DNA of 64,000 nucleotides, taken from contig JBMNIH010000009.1 of the NCBI GenBank assembly GCA_050950825.1, positions 1 to 64,000 on the forward strand. Reading direction: 5' to 3'. This DNA is from Clostridia bacterium. GTDB taxonomy: Bacteria > Bacillota > Clostridia > JAAYHZ01. The notes beneath the pieces were generated by a model. The model saw only the letters and a list, made by a program, of their open reading frames with translations. It was not told where the DNA came from and ran no database searches. Positions 1 to 10,307 of the stretch are shown here, in pieces; position 1 is the first letter of the stretch, and each line of letters starts with the position of its first letter. Both the position numbers and the translations under genes were made by a program.

Positions 1-348
1 ACACAATACAACCCGCTGGTATCAAGCATTATCGTTGGCTCTTTATACTCATTGTGGACGGCTCCGTTGTACATAACCGGTCTGTTCGAAGAAGGACTCG
101 CGGGATTTTTATCGCAATTCATAATCAATATTCCGCTGGCCATTCCTTTTACTTGGCTGTATATGAAAACAAAAGGCAGCTTGTTTCATGTCGCGCTTTT
201 CAGTGCGTCCCTCAATACCTTCGGAATATTTATTCCGGTTACGGAACGTTCCTTTGTCATACTTATTCTCATATCGATCCTGTGTATCGTTGCCATTACA
301 ATGGAAAACCGCATGTGGATAAAAACGCGATGCATTGACGCCTTTTAA
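1..348 (+). CDS. CPBP (CAAX/Abi) family membrane protein, 5'-truncated by window edge; appears to lack the conserved histidines
   Basis: Frame 1 is open from position 1: TQYNPLVSSIIVGSLYSLWTAP...FTWLYMKTKGSLFHVALFSASLN, the CPBP C-terminal pattern; hydrophobic. Confidence 0.65.
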   Translation, partial: TQYNPLVSSIIVGSLYSLWTAPLYITGLFEEGLAGFLSQFIINIPLAIPFTWLYMKTKGSLFHVALFSASLNTFGIFIPVTERSFVILILISILCIVAITMENRMWIKTRCIDAF

Positions 349-367
349 GTCCTTCATCGATTAAAGA

Positions 368-1057
368 TTAGCGACTCATATCAATTCCTTTTCGTATGAG
401 TTCTTCGTTTATGGAACCGACGGCACCGGTGATGAGGTAGCCTTCTTCGTCTAAAAACAAGGACACGGGATAAGAAAAGATGCCTAAACCAATGGAAGCT
501 TCCAGATTCATATCATAAAACACGGGAAAGGTAAATTTGTTGTCGTTAATAAATTCGAGGGCTTTCTTTTTCGTTTCACGGCTGCCGTCCGTCAAATTGA
601 TCATAAGAAATTGAATTTCCTCTCCTAAATCTTCATAAACTTTTTGAAAGTCCGGCATTTCGTTTACACAAGGAGGACACCAAGTAGCCCAAAAATTGAT
701 GACGACGGGTTTACCGAAAAAGTCGGAGATCTCGTAGGAATTGCCATCGAAATCTTCAAAAGAAAAATCCGGAATCTTAAATTTCGTTACTTCCTCATCA
801 ACCTCTTCTTCGACGGTTTTCGACTCGGTAACCGATTCTTTCGTTGTTTCCGTTTCGTTTTTAGAAGTTTCCGAAATCTTCGAGGTTTCCGTTTCATTTT
901 TCGAAATCCGGGTATTTTCCTCGGTTCCTATAATTCCGGACGGATCGGACAATCGATCAATTTGCATATTTTTCGAAAGATTATCGTAAGCAAAATATGC
1001 AATGATCAAGGTTAATACCAGTGCCAGAATGTACGTGACGGTTTTCATTTTGCCCAT
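368..1057 (-). CDS. TlpA/ResA-like membrane-anchored thiol-disulfide oxidoreductase
   Basis: N-terminal TM helix, S/T/E-rich linker, VINFWATWCPPC thioredoxin motif; RBS GGAGG. Confidence 0.9.
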   Translation of the reverse strand: MGKMKTVTYILALVLTLIIAYFAYDNLSKNMQIDRLSDPSGIIGTEENTRISKNETETSKISETSKNETETTKESVTESKTVEEEVDEEVTKFKIPDFSFEDFDGNSYEISDFFGKPVVINFWATWCPPCVNEMPDFQKVYEDLGEEIQFLMINLTDGSRETKKKALEFINDNKFTFPVFYDMNLEASIGLGIFSYPVSLFLDEEGYLITGAVGSINEELIRKGIDMSR

Positions 1058-1071
1058 CTTTTTTTGTCCTC

Positions 1072-1739
1072 CTAATATGATAATAAGGATAAAAAGGATC
1101 CGAAAAGGCCTGTGGCCATCAAAAGTCCGACAACGATTAAAAATATTCCGCTAATTTTATTGATTATGCCGTAATGTTTCTTTATGAAATCAAATGCGGA
1201 TTTGAGTTTGGCGATTAGCAAAGCGGATAAAATGAAGGGGATTCCCAAACCTATGGAATACGCCAATAGCATCAATACGCCTTTTACGGACGCTGCCGCT
1301 TTGCGTTGCAAGCATGAGCGCCGAACCGAGAAAAGCTCCGACACAAGGCGTCCAGCTTACGGAAAACACCATACCGAACAAAACGGAACGAAAAAAAGTT
1401 GCTTCTTTACTTTCATGCCGGCTAAAGAAGGTACGGTTAAAAAAACCGATGCGAATAATCCCCAGAAAATGAAGCCCGAAGAAAATTACGATACCGCCGG
1501 TTATGATATTAACGATTACGGTACGCTCACGTAAAAAGCGTCCGACGGTGCCGGCGAAAAGCACCTAAGATTATAAAAACAAGGGTAAATCCTACAACAA
1601 ACCCCAATGCATTTTTTAATGAATTCTTCTCCTCTTCTTGTCCGCTTGCAAAATAGGACAGGTATACAGGCAGCAAAGGCAGCAAGCAAGGAGATATGAA
1701 TGTAATAATGCCTTCAAAAAATACGACAACGTATTCCAT
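1072..1739 (-). pseudogene. ccdA: CcdA (DsbD-family) protein split by two +1 frameshifts (pseudogene or sequencing error)
   Basis: Three consecutive fragments: EGIITFISPCLLPLLPVY, SVSWTPCVGAFLGSALM, LLAYSIGLGIPF. Frame breaks at the AAAA run at 1557-1560 and near 1282-1290. Confidence 0.8.
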
Positions 1740-1823
1740 GTCCCGTTCCTCTGTTTTTTGAAAAATTTTTACCATTATACCATGCAATTTTATAGGTGAT
1801 AAGTGACTTTGTTACAAAAAGCA

Positions 1824-1862
1824 AAAAAGCCTGACAATAACCGAGGGTCATTATTAGGCTTC
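1824..1862 (-). terminator. Probable intrinsic terminator of tlp
   Basis: AAGCCT...AGGCTT inverted repeat with an A-run on the left (U-tract on the minus strand). Confidence 0.5.
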
Positions 1863-1891
1863 TAAAAGATCATATTTTATACGAAGGAACG

Positions 1892-2128
1892 TTATTTATA
1901 ACCTTTTTCACGAGCAATGGATTCGTCGCGGATTTCCTTCCGCATTCCTTCGAGAGCGGATCTTCTTCTTTCGTTCTTTTCCAAAAGCTCCTTTATCGTT
2001 TTTTCGTTGTCGGTCTTCGCAATCATCTCTTCCGCCATTTCCATGTTTTGAATGGTTTTATCAATGTTGTATTGAATTTTTTCTACATTGTCTTTTCGAT
2101 CGTCCGGTTTTGGTTTGTTCTTATCCAT
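1892..2128 (-). CDS. tlp: Small spore protein Tlp
   Basis: KPKPDDRKDNVEKIQ...TIQNMEMAEE...KNERRRSALEGMRKEIRDE signature; RBS GAGGAGG. Confidence 0.9.
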   Translation of the reverse strand: MDKNKPKPDDRKDNVEKIQYNIDKTIQNMEMAEEMIAKTDNEKTIKELLEKNERRRSALEGMRKEIRDESIAREKGYK

Positions 2129-2161
2129 GTTTTCCTCCTCGCCATAGATAATGTATACGTT

Positions 2162-2190
2162 TATTGTTTACCGAAAGATTTAAAACATGC
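2162..2190 (-). promoter_or_regulatory. Putative forespore sigma-G promoter of tlp
   Basis: Minus strand GCATG-N17-AACAATA upstream of tlp. Confidence 0.45.
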
Positions 2191-2307
2191 AGTAAATAAT
2201 CGATTTTACTTGTGCTAAAAAATTGTCAGACTCTTTAAAAGAAAGAGGATTGATGTTATAATGAGGCAATTATGAGGCAAATGTTCACCAAGGCAGGAGG
2301 AGAAAAC

Positions 2308-3318
2308 TTGACAGAATACAATATTAACACGGAAATTAGCAGACCTCAAATGAACCTACGAGAAACAAACATTGCGATTAAATTTATCAAAGACAATTTT
2401 GAAAAAGTTTTGGCAAAAGAAATGAATTTAACTCGTGTATCCGCTCCCTTGTTTGTTCGTCCGGAAACAGGGTTGAACGACACGTTATCCGGTACGGAAA
2501 GACCGGTATCTTTTGATATCAAGAACGGCTCCTTTGTCGTGGAAATTGTTCATTCTTTGGCGAAGTGGAAAAGAATGGCCTTGAAACGGTACGGCTTCGA
2601 TTTTGGCGAGGGCTTGTATACCGATATGAATGCCATTCGGAGAGATGAAGTCTTAGACAACTTGCATTCCGTATATGTAGACCAATGGGATTGGGAAGTC
2701 GTTATTCACAAAGACCAACGTAACGTAGAAACGTTAAAATCCATCGTAAGGCGTTTGTATAAAGTGTTTAAAGAAGTGGAAAATAAGGTGACGGATCGAT
2801 ATCCTTACTTGATGCGCCTTCTGCCGGATGATATTTATTTTATTGATACGCAAGAGCTGGAAGACCGCTATCCTCATCTTACTGCGAAAGAAAGAGAAAA
2901 TGCCATTGCGAAGGAATACAAAGCCGTTTTCCTTATGAAAATCGGCGGCAAATTAAAATCGGGTAATAAACACGATGATCGTGCACCGGACTACGACGAC
3001 TGGAGCTTAAACGGCGATATTATTTTCTGGTATCCCGTACTCAATTGTGCATTTGAGGTATCCTCCATGGGAATCCGTGTAGACGAAGATTCTTTGGTAC
3101 GCCAACTGGAAGAGGCCGGATGCTTGGATCGTCTGAATATGCAGTTCCATAAGGATATTCTCAACAAGAATCTGCCATATACCGTAGGAGGCGGCATCGG
3201 CCAGTCGCGTATATGCATGTTTTATCTGAACAAAGCACATATAGGGGAGGTTCAGGCCTCCGTATGGACGGAAGACATTGAAAAAAAGTGTGCGGCTGAA
3301 AATATTCAGCTTTTGTAA
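2308..3318 (+). CDS. asnA: Aspartate--ammonia ligase
   Basis: VHSLAKWKR, GLYTDMNAIRRDE, VDQWDWE, RAPDYDDW, GGGIGQSR motifs; TTG start after GGAGG. Confidence 0.95.
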   Translation: MTEYNINTEISRPQMNLRETNIAIKFIKDNFEKVLAKEMNLTRVSAPLFVRPETGLNDTLSGTERPVSFDIKNGSFVVEIVHSLAKWKRMALKRYGFDFGEGLYTDMNAIRRDEVLDNLHSVYVDQWDWEVVIHKDQRNVETLKSIVRRLYKVFKEVENKVTDRYPYLMRLLPDDIYFIDTQELEDRYPHLTAKERENAIAKEYKAVFLMKIGGKLKSGNKHDDRAPDYDDWSLNGDIIFWYPVLNCAFEVSSMGIRVDEDSLVRQLEEAGCLDRLNMQFHKDILNKNLPYTVGGGIGQSRICMFYLNKAHIGEVQASVWTEDIEKKCAAENIQLL

Positions 3319-3338
3319 CGGGTATTCAATGGGTAAAA

Positions 3339-3707
3339 ATGAAGTTCATTGGTAATTTGATTTGGATTGTATGCGGCGGTTTCGTGGGAAGTATTTTGTG
3401 GTTTCTTGCCGGGATTCTTTTAGCGGTTACCGTTATCGGAATCCCTTTTGCTCTTCAATGCTTTAAAATTGCCGGCTTTGTTCTATATCCTTTCGGAAGA
3501 GATATCCTGTTCGGGAGTTTCGGTGCATTGGGGCTCCTAGGCAACATCTTTTGGATTCCGATTTTCGGTATGGAGCTGTGCGCGGCGCATTTTCTCATGG
3601 GATTACTCCTTTGCTTGACCGTCGTAGGCGTTCCCTTCGGAAAACAGCACTTTAAGTTAGCCAAGATTTCTTTAATGCCCTTCGGAACCCGGATCTATTC
3701 CGTATAA
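3339..3707 (+). CDS. YccF domain membrane protein
   Basis: Two repeats of GNxxW...TVIGIPF...FKIA...PFG. Confidence 0.9.
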   Translation: MKFIGNLIWIVCGGFVGSILWFLAGILLAVTVIGIPFALQCFKIAGFVLYPFGRDILFGSFGALGLLGNIFWIPIFGMELCAAHFLMGLLLCLTVVGVPFGKQHFKLAKISLMPFGTRIYSV

Positions 3708-3708
3708 C

Positions 3709-3745
3709 AAAAAAAAGGACGTGTCATCTACGTCCTTTTTCTTTT
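3709..3745. terminator. Bidirectional intrinsic terminator
   Basis: AAAAAGGACGT-loop-ACGTCCTTTTT between convergent genes. Confidence 0.75.
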
Positions 3746-3756
3746 GGGTTTTATGT

Positions 3757-4197
3757 TTAAAGATTTTTTTCCATGGATACATGAGGGATTCCCTCTTCGT
3801 AAAACACATCGGATGTTTGCACGTAGCCCAGCTTTCGGTAAAAGGGAAGAGCATGGGTCTGGGCATGCAGCATGGTTTTACGATATCCTTTTTCGAGGGC
3901 GATTTCCTCTAAGGCTTTCATGACCGTTTTACCTACACCGTGCATCCGTGCCTCCTTCAGCACGCAAACCCGTTCGCACTTCATGACTCCGTCCTTCGGA
4001 CGAATTCGACCGGTACCCACCGGTTTTCCGTTAAGACGGACGAGAACGTGAACGGATTCCGTCTCGTATTCGTCGAATTCGTTTTCGGCAGGTACCATTT
4101 GTTCATCCACAAACACCGTTTTACGGATGGTGCGGGAGGCCGAAAAGTCTTCTTCCTTCTGTATACGTATCACTTCAAAGATGCTTTTGGAATTCAT
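3757..4197 (-). CDS. GNAT N-acetyltransferase (ElaA/YjcF-like)
   Basis: IRKTVFVDEQ, ERVCVLKEARMHGVG, LHAQ..ALPFYRKLGY, EEGIPH. Confidence 0.9.
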   Translation of the reverse strand: MNSKSIFEVIRIQKEEDFSASRTIRKTVFVDEQMVPAENEFDEYETESVHVLVRLNGKPVGTGRIRPKDGVMKCERVCVLKEARMHGVGKTVMKALEEIALEKGYRKTMLHAQTHALPFYRKLGYVQTSDVFYEEGIPHVSMEKNL

Positions 4198-4200
4198 ATT

Positions 4201-6117
4201 CTACCTTTCTGTCCAATACCTTTTTCTTTGCATTGTATTGATCATTTCATAAACGTCAAGTACATTTTGCACAAGCATTTCGTTTTTGCGGTAGTAGTCA
4301 AAAAATTCGTTTCGTTTTTCTTTCGCTTCTTGAATGGATCCGGAAGCGGCTAACCGCAGGAAATCGGCGTAGATTAATGCGCCTTTGGCATGGATGTCTA
4401 AGTACAGGAAGGATTGAGCGACGGAACTGTCAGGATACATAAGACCTTCTTTTATAACGCTGTCAAAGGATTGAATTGTATTTGGTACCTTATTGAATTT
4501 TTCCAAAGCTTCCGGGTCATTAAATTGTTTTTCTCCTCTTATATAATAGGGATCGAACAATTCGGAAAGGGTCTTCATGTATTCAAGTACTTGCGGACCG
4601 TAGGTACCGTAAGCGGCATTAAAATATTCTACCGCGATATCGTCGAAGGCGATATTCGTATTCCATAAAGTTTTGGCCATGACATACATGGGCAAGCCGG
4701 TGGGATAGAATGCTCGTTGTACTTGGCAGCTGTTGAATCCGTTCAACCCGATATCGGCCAAATTCTTAATATCTTGATACAGGATTCTTGAATTGAAATA
4801 ATAGCCCGGATCGTTGTAGTGGTCCCACATCATATGGTAATCGAAGTCAAAGCTGTCGCCGGAAAATATTTTTTGCCAAGCTTTTAAGTGAGCGATATTC
4901 TCTTCCACTTTCTTTGGCATAATCAGCTTGTTGCGGTTGTAGGGAAGAATATCGGGGATCGGTTTGTCCGCCGAAAAGGACGCGGTATAGGATCTTGTGA
5001 TCGGTGCAAACATCATGATAAAGCGGTCGGGGTTGTTCAGCTTTTCTATTTGAGGAGGCCATAACAAATCCACGTAAATTAAAAATACGATCTTCGTTTC
5101 AATGTTTTTCTCGGTCAAATAGGAATCCACAAGATTTAAAAACTTAATGTAAAAATCCGATGGCAGCGCTTTGCGGCAGTTTTCGCATTCGCATTGGTTG
5201 TTCGAGCCGTCCGCCAGCCAAATGTGCAATATATCGATGCGAGGCCGGATTGTCAAATAGCGTACCACGTCTTGTGCCATCAAGTCCAATACCTTGGGAT
5301 TGGAATAGCATAGGTTGGTATTCAGCGGCACTTTGTACCATAGATCCCTCTCGCCGTTGATTTCGGCAAAGTATTGATAAGCGTCTTTCGGAATGGTATT
5401 CGGGTCGACTTCCTCCCAGGCGGTTCCGGGAATTCCCAAAGGCTCGCAAGTCCATCCGTGTCCTACTGCATGGTAAATAAGGCCCCGTTTGTCAATTTCG
5501 TCTTCAATAATTTTTACGAATCGGCGAGCATCTTCAACGGTAAAACCGGTTTTAACCAATTGGTCGTTTAAGTGATGAGAGTACCAACGGTCGAAAAAGG
5601 TGAAGCCTTCTCGAAATTGGATAAAATATGCGTTCATGCCTACCTTGGGCAGCCAATCTACGATATCCAGAATGTTTTCAATGCGATTCGCCCCCTCGAT
5701 GCATAGACCTCTGTGCCGATAAGCGGGTTTTTCGTTGATTTTACAGGTGAGATCCTGAACGTTTTTTTTGCAAATGATTTCGCCGTCGTATCCCGGACGT
5801 ACCCAGCGCAAGCCCGCTTCCGTTAAGAATCGGTAGACGCCTAACAGCACGCTGCGGCTGTTGGAGCCCGAGATGAATCCTGTACCGTTTGCAATGTCAA
5901 TAACGATATGATCGTCGAATTTATTCTCTGCGGAATAGAGGTCTTTTTCCGGAAGATTTAAATCGGTAAAGGTACCTAACGTTATTTTATCTTCCGAACT
6001 CTCTTGTCCGTTAAAGCATAATGAAATGCCATCGTTTCCCATCAGGGTCAAGTATTTTCGCAACTCGGCCGCTGCAAAGGATAGGGTTCTGTCGCCGCTG
6101 CAAAAGCATATTTTCAT
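4201..6117 (-). CDS. DUF4838-type putative glycoside-hydrolase-like protein
   Basis: GH20/GH67-like N-terminus (FAAAELRKYL...GSNSRSVLLGVYRFL), NLCYSNP, WLADGSNNQCECENC; start codon uncertain. Confidence 0.65.
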   Translation of the reverse strand: MKICFCSGDRTLSFAAAELRKYLTLMGNDGISLCFNGQESSEDKITLGTFTDLNLPEKDLYSAENKFDDHIVIDIANGTGFISGSNSRSVLLGVYRFLTEAGLRWVRPGYDGEIICKKNVQDLTCKINEKPAYRHRGLCIEGANRIENILDIVDWLPKVGMNAYFIQFREGFTFFDRWYSHHLNDQLVKTGFTVEDARRFVKIIEDEIDKRGLIYHAVGHGWTCEPLGIPGTAWEEVDPNTIPKDAYQYFAEINGERDLWYKVPLNTNLCYSNPKVLDLMAQDVVRYLTIRPRIDILHIWLADGSNNQCECENCRKALPSDFYIKFLNLVDSYLTEKNIETKIVFLIYVDLLWPPQIEKLNNPDRFIMMFAPITRSYTASFSADKPIPDILPYNRNKLIMPKKVEENIAHLKAWQKIFSGDSFDFDYHMMWDHYNDPGYYFNSRILYQDIKNLADIGLNGFNSCQVQRAFYPTGLPMYVMAKTLWNTNIAFDDIAVEYFNAAYGTYGPQVLEYMKTLSELFDPYYIRGEKQFNDPEALEKFNKVPNTIQSFDSVIKEGLMYPDSSVAQSFLYLDIHAKGALIYADFLRLAASGSIQEAKEKRNEFFDYYRKNEMLVQNVLDVYEMINTMQRKRYWTER

Positions 6118-6297
6118 AAATTCCATCCGGTTTTCTATCAAACCGGAAAATTCACCGCCTTTCCTCGATATGTTAAGTCCATTGTAGCATAAAGAATCAA
6201 AAAACAGCATTTTTTTGACTTGGAAATCGTATATTCCTTTTTAGGAATGGCCAGAATTCGGATATACCCAATAATTACTAATTTCAGGAAGGATCAT

Positions 6298-7899
6298 ATG
6301 AATCGATATAAATTGTTGTTTGCTCTGTTTGTATTTTGCATTGCCGCTTTGATACTTCGATTAGGAAGCTTGCAATTAATTTACTCACAAAAAATTCAAA
6401 CCGGGCTTTACGACCAGCGGTACAAGCAGTATTTACTGTATAAAGAAAAGGGTGATATTTTGGATCGCAACCGAATCCCTTTAACGGCCTCTTCCGTCGA
6501 GACGGTTTTAATTATGAACTACGATACCTATGTAGACAATAACGAGCTGTTTAATGAAATCGACAACTACATCTTTTTATCGTTATCTCCCGATAACCCC
6601 GTGATCATTCGAACGACTGAACAGGAAGGGAAAAGAATAAAAGAAGCGCTGAAGGATGAATGTCGAATATTAAGAGTAAAAAATACGAATCCTTCCTTAG
6701 CCAAACACGTAATCGGCTACCGAAGCGGGTACAACCAAGAAGGTATCGCCGGTCTCTTAAAAGCGTACGACGATATTTTGGACTGCGATACCGGTATTCT
6801 GTACTCCGTTTTGCAGGATATTAACGGCAATGTCATTTTCGACAGCGAACCGAGTATTACGGTAAAGGGAGATCGTTATCACCCTCATCATGTGGTTTTG
6901 ACTCTGGATATCCATTATCAGAGAATCGTTGAAGATTATCTGAAAGAAACGGGTAAAAAAGGTTGTGTCATTTTGCAGGATTGCAATACCGGTTATGTGT
7001 TGGCGATGGCTTCCGCCCCGGATTATACCGTCGATTATTCGGGAGAGTTTTTAAAGGGAGAAAACGGGGAGCTTTTAAACCGCGCCGTATGCGAGTATAA
7101 TCCGGGATCTATTGTGAAGGCCGTGATTGCTGCCGTCATACTGGAATCCTTCGATACAAGAGATTTTGATTTGCATTGCAACGGTTTTTATCGCTTCCAA
7201 GGTCGAACAATCCAATGTTCTGCTCATGATTTTGATCGGGAAAGAGCCGTCGATCTGCCGGAAGCCTTCGCCGTATCCTGCAATTCGTATTTCATAAACG
7301 CGGCAAGGAAAATCGGTTATGAAAAAATCTACCTTAAAGCCGTCGAACTGGGATTGACAAAGGAAACCGGCCTTCCTCAAGAAACGGGAGAGAAAAAAGG
7401 GTATCTTCCCGAGCCGGAGGAAGTAAAAAGCGATATCGACCTTGCCAACCTGGTTTTAGGACAGTGGGTTTTTAAGGTGACACCGATTCAAATATGCAAC
7501 TTGACATCCGCCGTTGCCAACGGGGGCATGTTAAATCGAGTTAATTTGGTATTGGGTGTTGTTAACGACAAAGGACAAAAAATCTTGGATCTTACGGACA
7601 AACACGGAGAAAGAGTCATCAGCAGAAATGCGGCCAAACGATTGGCCGGTATTATGGAAAGGTGCGTGAAATCCGGAACGGGAAAGCTTTCCGATCCCGG
7701 GAACATGATCGGTGTCGGAGGTAAAACCGGAACGGCGGGAGAGCAAGAAGGTCATAACACGGTATGGTTCACGGGCTTTTTCCCCGTAAGTAATCCCAAG
7801 TTTGCCATGACCGTACTTTTGGAGGATGCAACATCCGGAGCTTCGGATGCGGCGCCTCTTTTTGGAAAAATTGCAGCGGAGATCATGAATCAAAAATAG
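6298..7899 (+). CDS. Class B penicillin-binding protein (transpeptidase)
   Basis: N-terminal TM, KGDILDRN, SxxK (PGSIVK), SCN and KTG motifs. Confidence 0.9.
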   Translation: MNRYKLLFALFVFCIAALILRLGSLQLIYSQKIQTGLYDQRYKQYLLYKEKGDILDRNRIPLTASSVETVLIMNYDTYVDNNELFNEIDNYIFLSLSPDNPVIIRTTEQEGKRIKEALKDECRILRVKNTNPSLAKHVIGYRSGYNQEGIAGLLKAYDDILDCDTGILYSVLQDINGNVIFDSEPSITVKGDRYHPHHVVLTLDIHYQRIVEDYLKETGKKGCVILQDCNTGYVLAMASAPDYTVDYSGEFLKGENGELLNRAVCEYNPGSIVKAVIAAVILESFDTRDFDLHCNGFYRFQGRTIQCSAHDFDRERAVDLPEAFAVSCNSYFINAARKIGYEKIYLKAVELGLTKETGLPQETGEKKGYLPEPEEVKSDIDLANLVLGQWVFKVTPIQICNLTSAVANGGMLNRVNLVLGVVNDKGQKILDLTDKHGERVISRNAAKRLAGIMERCVKSGTGKLSDPGNMIGVGGKTGTAGEQEGHNTVWFTGFFPVSNPKFAMTVLLEDATSGASDAAPLFGKIAAEIMNQK

Positions 7900-7913
7900 A
7901 TCTTATGTTTTTT

Positions 7914-7950
7914 AGGACAAACACGTACAAGTACCCTTTTGCATATATTG
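7914..7950 (+). promoter_or_regulatory. Mother-cell (sigma-E/K) promoter with SpoIIID-like site upstream of sigK
   Basis: AGGACAAAC at 7914-7922 and -10 CATATATT at 7942-7949. Confidence 0.55.
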
Positions 7951-7980
7951 TATGGATAACGAATCTAACAGGAGTTCTCC

Positions 7981-8685
7981 ATGCATATTTTGTACTGTCT
8001 GCTTCTTAAATTATTAGGAGAATCTTTTTTTCTTACAGGGTACTTGACATCGCCAAACTCCTTCCCGGATCCTTTGGACCCGGAAGAAGAAAGCAAGTAC
8101 ATCAAGCTCGCCGCCGAAGGCGATCTTGAAGCACGGAACAAATTGATCGAAACGAATCTTCGATTGGTGGCTCACGTGGTAAAGAAATTTATCAATACCG
8201 GATGCGACAACGAAGATTTGGTTTCCATCGGAACCATCGGGCTGATCAAAGCGGTAGAGTCCTACAAAGACAACAAGGGTACAAAGCTTGCAACCTATGC
8301 GGCCAAATGTATCGAAAATGAGATTTTGATGCACATACGCTCCCGAAAAAGATTAAACAACGAGGTTCATTTAAATAATCCGATCGGTACCGACAAGGAA
8401 GGAAACGAGATTACGCTGATGGATGTGATTCCGGATAACGGAGACGATATTACCGATATGCTGGAGTTTCGAATGCATATCAAAAAGATATACGACCAGC
8501 TGAGCAAGGTGCTGACGGAAAGAGAAAATGAAATCATAAAACTCCGCTACGGATTGAATTGCTGCGACTGCTTGACACAAAGGGAAATTGCCGAAAGATT
8601 AGGGATATCCAGGTCCTACGTGTCAAGAATCGAGAAGAAAGCACTTCAAAAACTAAAGGGAGAGCTGACATCGAAAAAAAATTAA
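7981..8685 (+). CDS. sigK: Sporulation sigma factor pro-sigma-K, uninterrupted
   Basis: Hydrophobic pro-peptide then GY..SFPDPL, NLRLVAHVVKKF, KLATYAAKCIENEILM, TQREIA..LGISRSYVSRIEKKAL. Confidence 0.93.
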   Translation: MHILYCLLLKLLGESFFLTGYLTSPNSFPDPLDPEEESKYIKLAAEGDLEARNKLIETNLRLVAHVVKKFINTGCDNEDLVSIGTIGLIKAVESYKDNKGTKLATYAAKCIENEILMHIRSRKRLNNEVHLNNPIGTDKEGNEITLMDVIPDNGDDITDMLEFRMHIKKIYDQLSKVLTERENEIIKLRYGLNCCDCLTQREIAERLGISRSYVSRIEKKALQKLKGELTSKKN

Positions 8686-8712
8686 AGAGGCCGCGGCACG
8701 GACCTCTTTTTT
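8684..8712. terminator. Terminator between sigK and ilvE
   Basis: AAAGAGG...CCTCTTTTTT. Confidence 0.65.
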
Positions 8713-8734
8713 GCTGTGTAATGTACTATTTTTC

Positions 8735-9805
8735 TTATTCGACAGGAACAACCCATCCGAAAGGATCTTCTATTTTTCTGTACTGTATCCCCGTTAAAGA
8801 ATCATACAGCTTTTGAGATATCGGACCGATGCTGCCGTTGTTAATGGTGTAGATCTTATCTTTGTAATTCAATTCACCGATAGGCGAAATAACGGCTGCC
8901 GTACCTGTTCCGAAGGCTTCTTCCATGGTTCCTTCTTCGGCGGCATGGACAAGCTCGTCAATGGTAATCAGGCGCTCGGAAACGGGAATGTTCATGTGTT
9001 TCAACATGGCGATGACCGAATCTCTCGTGATACCCGGCAATATGGTTCCGTTTAAAGCGGGAGTTATTACTTCGCCGTTTACTTTAAAGAAAACGTTCAT
9101 GGCGCCTACTTCTTCCACGTATTTTCTTTTAATTCCGTCCAGCCATAATACTTGCACATAGCCTTTCTTTTCCGCTTCTTCTTGAGCCTTTAAGCTGATG
9201 GCATAGTTGGCCATGGTTTTTGCGTAACCGGTTCCGCCCTGTGCGGCACGTACATATTTATCTTCCACATAAATTTTAACCGGGTTGATTCCACCGGGAT
9301 AATAAGCACCGCTAGGCGCGAGGATAATCAAGAATTTGTAGGTATGTGAAGGATGTACACCTAAGAAAGGATCGGTGGCAATGATAAAGGGACGTATATA
9401 CAAGGATGTTCCGGGAGCCTTGGGAACCCAATCTTTTTCCAAGCGCACCAACGTTTTAATGGCTTCGACGATGAAATCTTCGTCCAGCTTCGGTATGCAC
9501 ATACGCTCGCAGGAATTGTTCATTCTTTCGATGTTTTTTCGAGGACGGAACAGCGCAATATCGCCCTTCGCCGTATAGTAGGCCTTGAGTCCTTCAAAAA
9601 TACCTTGGCCGTAATGCAATACGCAGGTGGAGGGATCCAAAGACAACGGTCCGTAGGGAACGATTCTAGGATCGTGCCAACCCTTTTCGGGATTGTAATC
9701 CATCACGAACATGTGATCGGTAAATGTTTTTCCGAAAGACAATTTGCTATCATCCGGTTTCACTTTAGGATTTGTTGTTTTTTCGATTTTAATATTGTAA
9801 TTCAT
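8735..9805 (-). CDS. ilvE: Branched-chain amino acid aminotransferase
   Basis: FGKTFTDHMF, LHYGQGIFEGLKAY, LYIRPF, EEVGAMN, ILPGITRDS, GTGTAAVISP. Confidence 0.95.
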   Translation of the reverse strand: MNYNIKIEKTTNPKVKPDDSKLSFGKTFTDHMFVMDYNPEKGWHDPRIVPYGPLSLDPSTCVLHYGQGIFEGLKAYYTAKGDIALFRPRKNIERMNNSCERMCIPKLDEDFIVEAIKTLVRLEKDWVPKAPGTSLYIRPFIIATDPFLGVHPSHTYKFLIILAPSGAYYPGGINPVKIYVEDKYVRAAQGGTGYAKTMANYAISLKAQEEAEKKGYVQVLWLDGIKRKYVEEVGAMNVFFKVNGEVITPALNGTILPGITRDSVIAMLKHMNIPVSERLITIDELVHAAEEGTMEEAFGTGTAAVISPIGELNYKDKIYTINNGSIGPISQKLYDSLTGIQYRKIEDPFGWVVPVE

Positions 9806-10307
9806 ACAATACCCCCGTATTCACTGGAATAATTAGTAGCTGAATCATGGTGTCAATGGATTTACATGAATTGTGACGATGTACTTTTTGGCACCGGTAT
9901 GATAAACAGCAAGTTAATTATATCACATGATCTCGTTTTTTACATAAAAAACTTGTCTTAACATACGCCTTAAGGTGTTTTCTTCCGGTTTTCTTTCTTG
10001 CATGTACTCGGAATAGTGTTATAATGTTATTGATTATTTGCAAAAAGGATAGATGTACAAAGCGTTCCGACGAAAAAGAACCTTTTTGTGTTGGCCTATA
10101 TTTTTGCATATGAATATGCTTGTGTGGAACAATGAAAAGGGCAAGAATTTAAACTTTTTTTGAAAAGGGATGAAACTAAAAAAGCATGATGACCGTCTAA
10201 ACATAAAGAAGTTTATATGGCGTTGATTTGCCTTGCAGACGGTATCATGCAAAGGAAATGAAAAATCAAACGGTATGACATAACTTTTTTTAAAAAAGGA
10301 GCGTCGA

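Noticed and set aside
7981-8685. skin-like element interrupting sigK
   Set aside because: sigK is continuous and full length with its pro-sequence.
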